From Clostridia bacterium (GTDB taxonomy: Bacteria; Bacillota; Clostridia; UMGS1810), in NCBI GenBank assembly GCA_045586905.1, contig JAZNBF010000014.1, forward strand, positions 15,834-79,833: DNA of 64,000 bases, given 5' to 3'. Made by a program: the position numbers and the translations under genes. How positions within the stretch are numbered: the stretch's first letter is position 1; each line of letters opens with the position of its first letter. A model generated the notes under the pieces. It searched no databases and was not told the origin of the DNA. It was given only the letters and a program-made list of their open reading frames with translations. Positions 17,263 to 24,224 of the stretch are shown piece by piece.

Positions 17263-17777
17263 GTGAAACCGAAGATTTTAGCATGCCAAAAAAAGACAAA
17301 TATTGCACAGGTGGCACAAACATCTGTTTGTGCCACAGGAAGATTGTTTTTCTGCCAGAGCTGAATGTCGGCTGCTTCTTCTTTATATTTGGAACTGAAG
17401 GTTTTTGCATTGCCTTCTGAACCGAAAAGAATAACCTTTTTGTCATAGCTTGCAATACCCTCTACCTGAGTAGGTCTGCCAAGACCTGTGAAGACATCAA
17501 GTGTTATGCGAATGAAAATTTTGAGATCGACGCTATAATAGCCTCTGTTGAATGCCACAGGCTCAACATCGGAATAGATCCATATGATTTCTGCTTTCCG
17601 GCATCTTACGCTTGTTGACCTGTCTAAAAGGCTCTGCCCACACTCAGTGAGATATACTCTTAAGTTTTCTATGCATTCTTTATCACGGCACGAGTCATAT
17701 ACTTTTTTGGTCTGTATACATACTTCATTACCACAGTTAGCGTTGTTTGAGTTACAGGAATTTACCCTATCGCTCAT
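17259..17777 (-). CDS. 5' half of the split Cys-rich gene (151 native codons plus 21 read-through codons from the element)
   Basis: MSDRVNSCNSNNANCGNEVCIQTKKVYDSCRDKECIENLRVY...LPVAQT, then the junk tail DVCATCAIFVFFWHAKIFGFT*. A strong SD (GGAGG) lies 8 nt upstream of ATG 17777. Confidence 0.75.
   Translation of the reverse strand: MSDRVNSCNSNNANCGNEVCIQTKKVYDSCRDKECIENLRVYLTECGQSLLDRSTSVRCRKAEIIWIYSDVEPVAFNRGYYSVDLKIFIRITLDVFTGLGRPTQVEGIASYDKKVILFGSEGNAKTFSSKYKEEAADIQLWQKNNLPVAQTDVCATCAIFVFFWHAKIFGFT
17311..17336. repeat. Right junction (attR-like): perfect 12-2-12 dyad
   Basis: GTGGCACAAACA-TC-TGTTTGTGCCAC is a perfect 26-bp palindrome around a central TC. It contains the 10-nt repeat TCTGTTTGTG (17323-17332). 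Confidence 0.75.
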
Positions 17778-17830
17778 AATATAACCTCCGATTCAGATTT
17801 AAATTTAGGCTTTTTTGCCTAATTTATTAG

Positions 17831-17858
17831 TATAATATGAGCGAAACCGTTATTTTGT
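17831..17858 (-). promoter_or_regulatory. SigmaK-like (mother-cell type) promoter candidate upstream of the split gene
   Basis: Minus strand reads cACa, a 17-nt spacer, then CATATTATA. This fits the Bacillus sigmaK pattern AC-N16/17-CATAnnnTA. It sits about 55 nt upstream of ATG 17777. Confidence 0.35.
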
Positions 17859-17906
17859 GATAACGAAGTACTGATTTTGGAAACATGAAAAACCGGAGGC
17901 TTAAAG

Positions 17907-18380
17907 ATGAAAAAATCAAAAAGGGTGTCCGAATCTTACACCGAGCATGTTCAGATTCTGTCGCAGGCAAGTCTTAACGGATACAAAAGACTTTTTGGTG
18001 GAAAGCTTATGGAGTGGATTGACATTGTGGCAGCAGTAGTGGCAAGAAGGCACTCGGGGTGTAATGTGACAACGGTATCGGTGGATAGTCTCATTTTCAA
18101 AAAACCCGCCTATGCCAATGACACCATAACCATCAACGGATTTATTACCTATGCAGGAAAAACATCGATGGAAATTTGCGTTAAAACTTATCTTGAAAAT
18201 CTTGACGGAAGCCGGGAAGAAATCAACACTGCTTTTCTGGTTATGGTGGCAATTGACGAAAACGAAAAACCTGTGGAGGTGCCCACTCTTATAGCAGAAA
18301 GTGAAACCGACAAAGCAAATTTTGAAGCGGCAAAAAGAAGAAGAGAACTCAGAAAGCTAAGAGAAAATGAAAATTTTTAA
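17907..18380 (+). CDS. Acyl-CoA thioesterase (hotdog fold, YciA/BFIT-like)
   Basis: 157 aa. The layout (...NGYKRLFGGKLMEWIDIVAAVVARRHSG..VTTVSVDSLIFKKPA...) is typical of acyl-CoA hydrolases. Confidence 0.8.
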   Translation: MKKSKRVSESYTEHVQILSQASLNGYKRLFGGKLMEWIDIVAAVVARRHSGCNVTTVSVDSLIFKKPAYANDTITINGFITYAGKTSMEICVKTYLENLDGSREEINTAFLVMVAIDENEKPVEVPTLIAESETDKANFEAAKRRRELRKLRENENF

Positions 18381-19387
18381 AAATCTAAAAACATTGCAAC
18401 AACAAGCTCTGCCATGGATTTTGAAAGATTTGTTTTATTCTTTATAGCCTGTTTTGCCCTTTCTGTGTCGATGTAGTCACTGCCCGATATTCTGCCAAAG
18501 CTGAAAAGCCCGTATCCGTAGCGGTCGTCCCGGCCAAAGCCGCTGAGGTCTTCTGTGTAGATGTTTAACAGAAGACGGATTTCATCGGGAGTGAGGAAAC
18601 GGTTGTAACGCATTCGTCCCTTTGATTGCAAAATGGCAACAGCACCTGTTATTATGGGAGTGGCCATGGATGTGCCGCTGAGGGTTGCATAGGTGTTGTT
18701 TTTATAGGTGGAGTAGATGTCGATGCCTGCGGCAGATATCTCAGCGCTGGGGCCCCGTGAACTGAAGCTTGCTATGTGCTTGCCGCAGTCAACTGCCGAA
18801 ACAGCAATGGTCTCATTAAAGCTTGCAGGATAACCCATGGCGCCCTCTCCCTTTTCGCCTTCGTTGCCTGCCGCACAAATCATGGTTATGCCATTTTTGC
18901 GTGCAAGCTTCACAAGAGCGGCATAACGCCCCGATGAAAAAGATGACGAAAACGACATGTTTATAACGCTGACTCTGCACTTTATGAGCCACAGTATACT
19001 TTTTTCTATCGCCTGATAGTCGGTTTTTCCATGGGTGTCGAAAGCTTTGCAGATGTACAGTTCTGACAAGGGAGCAACTCCAACCACGCCGATGCCATTT
19101 TTCTCGGCAGCTACGATTCCTGCCACATGGGTGCCATGTCCGTTGGTGTCTTCTATATCATAAATTCCGGTGCCCGAAAAAGAAATACCGTCTTTAATGC
19201 GCTCTTTAAGATCGGGATGGGTGGTGTCGATGCCTGTGTCTATTATTCCCACTCTTATGCCCTCTCCCATTGTCTCCTTCCATTCGAGAGGAGCGCCGAC
19301 CATTCTGACTCCATAGTCGACAACCTCCTCACCAGATCCTTTGTCTGAACTTATGAAGGTGTATTCACTTATTTTAAAATTTTTCAT
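18377..19387 (-). CDS. Subtilisin-family (S8) serine protease, apparently intracellular
   Basis: 336 aa. Catalytic triad motifs are GIIDTGID, HGTHVAG and GTSMATP. There is no signal peptide. Confidence 0.9.
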   Translation of the reverse strand: MKNFKISEYTFISSDKGSGEEVVDYGVRMVGAPLEWKETMGEGIRVGIIDTGIDTTHPDLKERIKDGISFSGTGIYDIEDTNGHGTHVAGIVAAEKNGIGVVGVAPLSELYICKAFDTHGKTDYQAIEKSILWLIKCRVSVINMSFSSSFSSGRYAALVKLARKNGITMICAAGNEGEKGEGAMGYPASFNETIAVSAVDCGKHIASFSSRGPSAEISAAGIDIYSTYKNNTYATLSGTSMATPIITGAVAILQSKGRMRYNRFLTPDEIRLLLNIYTEDLSGFGRDDRYGYGLFSFGRISGSDYIDTERAKQAIKNKTNLSKSMAELVVAMFLDF

Positions 19388-19643
19388 ATCACATCTCTCC
19401 AGAGTTTATTTGCTATTATATGAAAAACATTTCATGTTTGACATTGGAGATGAAATTATAAGCTTCATAAAGCAAAACGACTATTAAATAATTAGATAAA
19501 TATTACAAAGACCAAACATAATATTTTGTGACTTTTTTCATATATACAAAAGACATATTTTGTAATATAATTATAACGTATGTGGATTGTTAGGTCTACT
19601 TATCACGATTACTTAAAACACAAAATTACAGGAGATGCTGAAA

Positions 19644-20489
19644 ATGGACACAACTTTATTGGTAATGGCTGCCGGAATGGGTTCCCGTTTTGGCGGGCTG
19701 AAGCAAATTGCTCCCATGGGCAAAAATGGTGAAATCATACTTGACTTTTCAGTATATGATGCAATCAAAGCAGGCTTCAACAAGGCGGTTTTCATCATAA
19801 AAAAAGAAATAGAACACGACTTCAGAGAAGCAGCAGGAAAAAGAATTGAAAAGATGATTGACACAGAATATGTTTTCCAGCAGATTGATTCATCTCTTCC
19901 AAACGGTTTTTCAGTGCCCGACTGCAGAAAGAAACCCTGGGGAACAGGTCACGCTGTTCTTTGCGCAAAAGACGCTGTAAAAACCCCATTTGCAGCAATC
20001 AATGCAGATGACTACTATGGCAGAAATTCATTAAAGCTTGTCCACTCTGCTCTTGTTGGCGGAAGTGAAATCTGTATGGCAGGTTTCAGACTTGGTAACA
20101 CCTTAACCGAAAACGGTACCGTGAGCAGAGGCATTTGTGAAATAGAAAACGGACTTTTGAAATCGGTAACCGAGCACACAGCTCTCGACAAAAACTCACC
20201 CTTCCCCATGGACACCGTTGTTTCCATGAACATGTGGGGATTTAAGCCAACAATATTCGATGAGCTTGAAACAAGATTTGAAGATTTCCTCAAAAATCTT
20301 TCAAACCCTGAAAAAGAAGAGTTTTTCCTTCCTTTTGTTGTGGACGACCTTATTAAAACAAGAAATCAGAAAGTTGACGCCTACATATCTGATGACAAGT
20401 GGTATGGCGTAACATATAAAGAAGATACCCCCTCGGTAAGAGAGGCACTTCAAAAACTTATGGAAGAAGGTTATTACGATGGGATCTAA
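19644..20489 (+). CDS. Sugar-1-phosphate nucleotidyltransferase
   Basis: N-terminal signature LLVMAAGMGSRFGGLKQ. I prefer ATG 19644, 9 nt after the AGGAG SD, over 19635. It overlaps the downstream kinase gene by 11 nt. Confidence 0.8.
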   Translation: MDTTLLVMAAGMGSRFGGLKQIAPMGKNGEIILDFSVYDAIKAGFNKAVFIIKKEIEHDFREAAGKRIEKMIDTEYVFQQIDSSLPNGFSVPDCRKKPWGTGHAVLCAKDAVKTPFAAINADDYYGRNSLKLVHSALVGGSEICMAGFRLGNTLTENGTVSRGICEIENGLLKSVTEHTALDKNSPFPMDTVVSMNMWGFKPTIFDELETRFEDFLKNLSNPEKEEFFLPFVVDDLIKTRNQKVDAYISDDKWYGVTYKEDTPSVREALQKLMEEGYYDGI

Positions 20490-21561
20490 CATAGCCCCAA
20501 TAAACGAAATAATGCATGCTTTTTCAATTAAGTTTGATGTCGACCCTTACGGTGACGGTCATATCAATGACACATATCTTGCAGATGCAAAACCCCGCTA
20601 CATACTTCAGAGAATCAACACAGCTGTTTTCAAAAATCCCCAGAAACTTATGGAGAACATCTGGAATGTTACCGAGCATCTCAGAGGAATAATAGAAAAA
20701 AACGGAGGCAATCCAAACAGAGAAACTCTCACTGTTATAAAAACAAGAGATGACAAGCTGTTTTATGAGGCAAGTGACGGAAAATGTTACAGAGTGTATA
20801 TTTTCATTGACAACACTCTTTCTCTAAACCTCCCCGAAAACCCCACTCAGTTTGAAAACTCTGCAAAGGCTTTCGGTCGTTTTCAAAATATGCTTGCAAG
20901 TTTTGATGCTTCTTCTCTTTATGAGACTATACCCGATTTTCATAACACACCAAAGAGAACCGAAAACCTTAAAGCTGCCTACGAAAAAAATGCTGCAGGC
21001 AGAAAAGATGAGGTTGAGGAGATTTACAACGAATATCTCAAATTTGCAGAGGACTGTGCTGTTATAACAAACGATCTTGAATCGGGTGCTATTCCCAAAC
21101 GAGTTACCCACAATGACACAAAGCTCAACAACGTGTTGTTTGATCCTGTGACACAGGAAGGCGTTTGCGTTATCGACCTCGATACCGTTATGCCGGGTTC
21201 TCTCCTCTTTGACTATGGCGATTCACTCCGTTTTGGTGCTTCTACTGCTGTTGAAGATGAGGCCGACCTTGACAAGGTATGGTTTGACCTTGAATATTTT
21301 GAAAGCTACACAAGAGGTTTCCTCTCCGAGCTCAAAGAAACAATCACAAAGCGCGAGGTTGAGCTTATGCCACTCGCTGCACTCACCATGACATATGAAT
21401 GCGGCATACGCTTCCTCACTGACTATCTCGACGGTGACACATACTTCAAAATTCACTATCCTGATCAGAACCTTGTGAGAGCTAAAAACCATCTCAAGCT
21501 TTGTCAGGACATTTTCTCAAAGCTTGGCGACATGAAAAAAATAGTTGAAAAATACATGTAA
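20479..21561 (+). CDS. nahK: N-acetylhexosamine 1-kinase-like (NahK/APH-fold) anomeric sugar kinase
   Basis: 360 aa and collinear with Bifidobacterium NahK as I remember it (PYGDGHINDTYL, ILQRINT..F, RVTHNDTKLNNVLFD, VIDLDTVMPGSLLFDYGDSLRFGAST, YPDQNLVRAK). Confidence 0.8.
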   Translation: MGSNIAPINEIMHAFSIKFDVDPYGDGHINDTYLADAKPRYILQRINTAVFKNPQKLMENIWNVTEHLRGIIEKNGGNPNRETLTVIKTRDDKLFYEASDGKCYRVYIFIDNTLSLNLPENPTQFENSAKAFGRFQNMLASFDASSLYETIPDFHNTPKRTENLKAAYEKNAAGRKDEVEEIYNEYLKFAEDCAVITNDLESGAIPKRVTHNDTKLNNVLFDPVTQEGVCVIDLDTVMPGSLLFDYGDSLRFGASTAVEDEADLDKVWFDLEYFESYTRGFLSELKETITKREVELMPLAALTMTYECGIRFLTDYLDGDTYFKIHYPDQNLVRAKNHLKLCQDIFSKLGDMKKIVEKYM

Positions 21562-21601
21562 TCTGACATAAGTTTAATTTGTCTGAAACCATTTTTCGAC
21601 A

Positions 21602-21631
21602 GTATACAAATCAAAGCCTTCGGGAAAGATT
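21602..21631 (+). promoter_or_regulatory. Forespore (sigmaF/sigmaG)-type promoter candidate for sigG
   Basis: GTATA (21602-21606), a 16-nt spacer, then GGAAAGATT. This resembles GYATA-N15/16-GGnnAnAHT. It overlaps a 12-bp hairpin (GAAAGATTTTAT/ATAAAATCTTTC). Confidence 0.3.
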
Positions 21632-21668
21632 TTATTGCAGACATAAAATCTTTCTCGGAGGTTTTTTT

Positions 21669-22439
21669 ATGATAAACAAGGTAGAAATTTGCGGTGTGAA
21701 CACGTCTAAACTTCCGGTGCTTTCAAACGACGAAAAGCTCAGACTTTTTGACAGGATAAAAAAAGGTGACAAGGAAGCAAGAGAAGAATTTATAAGCGGT
21801 AATTTAAGGCTTGTGCTTTCTGTTATACAAAAATTTTCAGGACGTGGCGAAAATGCCGACGACCTTTTTCAGGTGGGTTGCATCGGGCTTATAAAATCTG
21901 TGGATAATTTTGATCTTTCACAAAATGTAAAGTTTTCCACTTATGCAGTACCGATGATTATTGGTGAGATAAGAAGATATCTGCGTGACAATAACTCCAT
22001 AAGAGTGAGCAGATCGCTGAGAGATACAGCCTACAAGGCACTGGGAGCAAAAGAAAGACTTATGGCCAGAAACGAGACAGAGCCTACCATTGACGAAATT
22101 GCAAAAGAGCTTGGCATGGAAAAGGAAGACATTGTGTTTGCTCTTGATGCAATACAGGAGCCTGTGTCGCTTTTTGAACCTGTGTATAATGACGGAAATG
22201 ATGCAATTTTTGTGATGGATCAGCTGAGCGACGAAAAAAGTCTTGACGAGAACTGGCTTGAAGAAATATCACTTAAAGAAGCAATGAAAAAACTCGGCGA
22301 CCGTGAAAAGCACATTATCAATCTCAGATTTTACAAAGGCAGAACTCAGATGGAAGTGGCAAAGGAGCTCGGAATAAGTCAGGCACAGGTTTCGAGGCTT
22401 GAAAAAACAGCACTAAAATCGATGAAGAAAAACATGTGA
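21669..22439 (+). CDS. sigG: Sporulation sigma factor SigG
   Basis: The N-terminus MINKVEICGVNTSKLPVLSNDE... and the segment NLRLVLSVIQKFSGRGENADDLFQVGCIGLIKSVDNFDLSQNVKFSTYAVPMIIGEIRRYLRDNNSIRVSRSL are near-identical to B. subtilis SigG. GGAGG lies 8 nt upstream. The track ORF start (21579) is an upstream extension. Confidence 0.93.
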   Translation: MINKVEICGVNTSKLPVLSNDEKLRLFDRIKKGDKEAREEFISGNLRLVLSVIQKFSGRGENADDLFQVGCIGLIKSVDNFDLSQNVKFSTYAVPMIIGEIRRYLRDNNSIRVSRSLRDTAYKALGAKERLMARNETEPTIDEIAKELGMEKEDIVFALDAIQEPVSLFEPVYNDGNDAIFVMDQLSDEKSLDENWLEEISLKEAMKKLGDREKHIINLRFYKGRTQMEVAKELGISQAQVSRLEKTALKSMKKNM

Positions 22440-22513
22440 TGACAAAATAAACCAAAACAAATCATGAATTTCAATTAAAAAAAACACATATGCACAATAT
22501 TGCCCAGTGGTTG

Positions 22514-22543
22514 TTGACTAAAACCCCCTTTGCATGTTATACT
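22514..22543 (+). promoter_or_regulatory. SigmaA-type promoter for the purF-like gene
   Basis: TTGACT (22514-22519), an 18-nt spacer, then TATACT (22538-22543), about 40 nt upstream of ATG 22582. Confidence 0.5.
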
Positions 22544-22581
22544 CTTAATATATTACAATACTAACAACGGAGGTATATATA

Positions 22582-24006
22582 ATGGGTGGTTTTTTTGGAG
22601 CTGTGTGTCGCCATGATGCAGTGACAGATGTTTTTTTCGGGACAGATTATCACTCTCATCTTGGAACAAGACGCGCAGGTATGGCAGCGTATGACACTGA
22701 AAAAGGACTGCAAAGAGAAATTCACAATATAGAAAATTCACCATTCAGAACAAAGTTTGACGATGTTGGTGAAAACATGAAAGGTCATGCTGCTATTGGA
22801 TGTATCAGCGACTATGACCCCCAGCCTCTTACGATAAAATCAAGTCTGGGTACATATGCAATATGCGTTATAGGAAGAATCAACAATTCCGACCAGATAA
22901 TTGATCAGTATCTGTCTTTTACTCACGGTCACTTCAATGCCATGACCGGTGGCATTATAAATGCAACAGAAATTGTGGCTGCACTTATAGGTCAGAAGAG
23001 CAGTTTTGAAGACGGAATACGTTTTGCTCAGGAAACCATTGACGGTACAGCTTCAATTCTCATTTTAAAAGATGACGGTACTATAATTGCCGCCCGTGAC
23101 AGACTTGGCAGACTGCCTGTGATCATTGGCAAATGTGAAGACGGAATGTGCGTGACTTTTGAATCGTTTGCAGCTCACAAGCTTGGCTATGAGATAGAAA
23201 AAGAACTTGGCCCCGGAGAGATTGTTCAGCTTACAAAAGATGAGCTTACAGTGCTTAAAGAGCCTCTGGAGAAGATGAAGATTTGCGCATTTTTGTGGTC
23301 GTATTATGGTTATCCCACCTCTTCATATGAAGGAATCAATGTCGAGGTTATGCGCAACAGAAACGGTGAAATAATGGCAAAAAATGATATGGCATGCAAA
23401 AACGCCGAGGATATCGATTATGTTGGCGGTGTGCCCGATTCGGGAACTCCACACGCCATTGGATATGCAAACGGATGTCACATTCCTTTTGCCCGTCCTT
23501 TTATAAAATACACACCCACCTGGGCAAGAAGCTTCACCCCTACTCATCAGAACGAAAGAAACAGAATTGCAAAGATGAAACAGATTGCTGTGCACGATCT
23601 TATAGAAGACAAGAACCTTCTTTTTGTTGATGACTCGATAGTGCGAGGTACTCAGCTAAAAGAGACTGTTGATTTTCTTTATGACAACGGTGCAAAATCG
23701 GTGCACATGCGCTCAGCTTGTCCTCCCATTATGTATGCCTGCAAATATCTGAATTTTTCAAGAAGCAACAATGAAATGGACCTTGTTACAAGAAAAACAA
23801 TAATGGAGCTTGAAGGTGAAGAAGGCTTTAAGTATATTGATGAGTATAGTGACAGTTCTACCGAAAGAGGTAAAAAGCTGAGAGAGGCTATATGCGAGAA
23901 TCTTAATTTCAAATCGCTGGAATTTCAGACCGTAGACGGCATTGTGGAAGCGATTGGCATTGACAAATGCAAGCTCTGCACATACTGCTGGAATGGAAAA
24001 GAATAA
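22582..24006 (+). CDS. Amidophosphoribosyltransferase-like protein (PurF family) lacking the N-terminal Cys nucleophile
   Basis: 474 aa with an Ntn-type glutamine amidotransferase fold followed by a PRTase motif (LLFVDDSIVRGTQ). The N-terminus is MGGFFG rather than MCG. Confidence 0.8.
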   Translation: MGGFFGAVCRHDAVTDVFFGTDYHSHLGTRRAGMAAYDTEKGLQREIHNIENSPFRTKFDDVGENMKGHAAIGCISDYDPQPLTIKSSLGTYAICVIGRINNSDQIIDQYLSFTHGHFNAMTGGIINATEIVAALIGQKSSFEDGIRFAQETIDGTASILILKDDGTIIAARDRLGRLPVIIGKCEDGMCVTFESFAAHKLGYEIEKELGPGEIVQLTKDELTVLKEPLEKMKICAFLWSYYGYPTSSYEGINVEVMRNRNGEIMAKNDMACKNAEDIDYVGGVPDSGTPHAIGYANGCHIPFARPFIKYTPTWARSFTPTHQNERNRIAKMKQIAVHDLIEDKNLLFVDDSIVRGTQLKETVDFLYDNGAKSVHMRSACPPIMYACKYLNFSRSNNEMDLVTRKTIMELEGEEGFKYIDEYSDSSTERGKKLREAICENLNFKSLEFQTVDGIVEAIGIDKCKLCTYCWNGKE

Positions 24007-24025
24007 GTGGTTGATACTCAACCAC

Positions 24026-24110
24026 AATGAAATGCCTTTGGCATGAATTGAAATCAAAGATTTCATGAATTGAGCCTTGTGGCTCATGAATTGCACCTTA
24101 GGTGCATTCA
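24026..24110 (+). repeat. Phased array of four short hairpins joined by a conserved CATGAATTG linker
   Basis: Stems are ATGCC/GGCAT (24032-44), TGAAATC/GATTTCA (24049-65), TGAGCC/GGCTCA (24071-86) and TGCACC/GGTGCA (24092-106). CATGAATTG occurs at 24042, 24064 and 24085, giving a 21-22 nt period. An 8-bp hairpin at 24007-24025 precedes the array. Confidence 0.8.
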
Positions 24111-24141
24111 AAAACAATTTGTTTTATGTACCATGTCCAAA

Positions 24142-24174
24142 AGACAGAAACAATTTTGTTTCTGTCTTTTTTTT
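24142..24174 (+). terminator. Rho-independent terminator (purF-like gene / hairpin array)
   Basis: AGACAGAAAC-aatttt-GTTTCTGTCT followed by T8. Confidence 0.8.
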
Positions 24175-24189
24175 GTCGAAATGTTTTTG

Positions 24190-24218
24190 TTGCATTTTCC
24201 TGATTAAAATGCTATACT
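24190..24218 (+). promoter_or_regulatory. SigmaA-type promoter of the sRNA candidate
   Basis: TTGCAT (24190-24195), a 17-nt spacer, then TATACT (24213-24218). Confidence 0.5.
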
Positions 24219-24224
24219 TAAATA

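Larger units (their letters stand above)
8414..17332. mobile_element. Approximately 8.9-kb intervening/integrative element splitting a Cys-rich gene
   Basis: It is bounded by 10-bp direct repeats (8414-8423 and 17323-17332). It holds a serine recombinase at one end and a cargo operon of SLH surface proteins with its own promoter. No phage or transposase genes are present. Confidence 0.7.

Noticed and set aside
8414-17332. Prophage or IS/transposon interpretation of the insert.
   Set aside because: There are no capsid, tail, terminase, replication or transposase-like ORFs. There are no terminal inverted repeats of IS type. The boundaries are a direct repeat with dyad-symmetric recombinase sites.
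17249-17455. A 68-aa minus-strand ORF overlapping the right junction.
   Set aside because: It is an out-of-frame overlap of the split gene's 5' half. It is only of interest as the frame that would extend the recombinase tail on an excised circle, not as an independent gene.
18377-18380. Convergent thioesterase and S8 protease genes sharing a 4-nt stop overlap (TTAA) with no terminator between them.
   Set aside because: It is real in the sequence, but such convergent overlaps are common in compact genomes. No functional inference can be supported.
19388-19634. An AT-rich 247-bp divergent intergenic region with partial repeats (ACATAATATTTTGT / ACATATTTTGTAA) and a CATATAATA motif upstream of the protease gene.
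   Set aside because: The motifs are short and AT-rich in an AT-rich context. I could not find a matching -35 element, so this is too weak to call a promoter or operator.
24026-24110. Whether the hairpin array is a degenerate CRISPR array.
   Set aside because: The conserved part is only 9 nt and the variable parts are 11-13-nt perfect palindromes. No cas genes lie nearby. The geometry is wrong for CRISPR, so it is kept as an RNA-structure finding instead.
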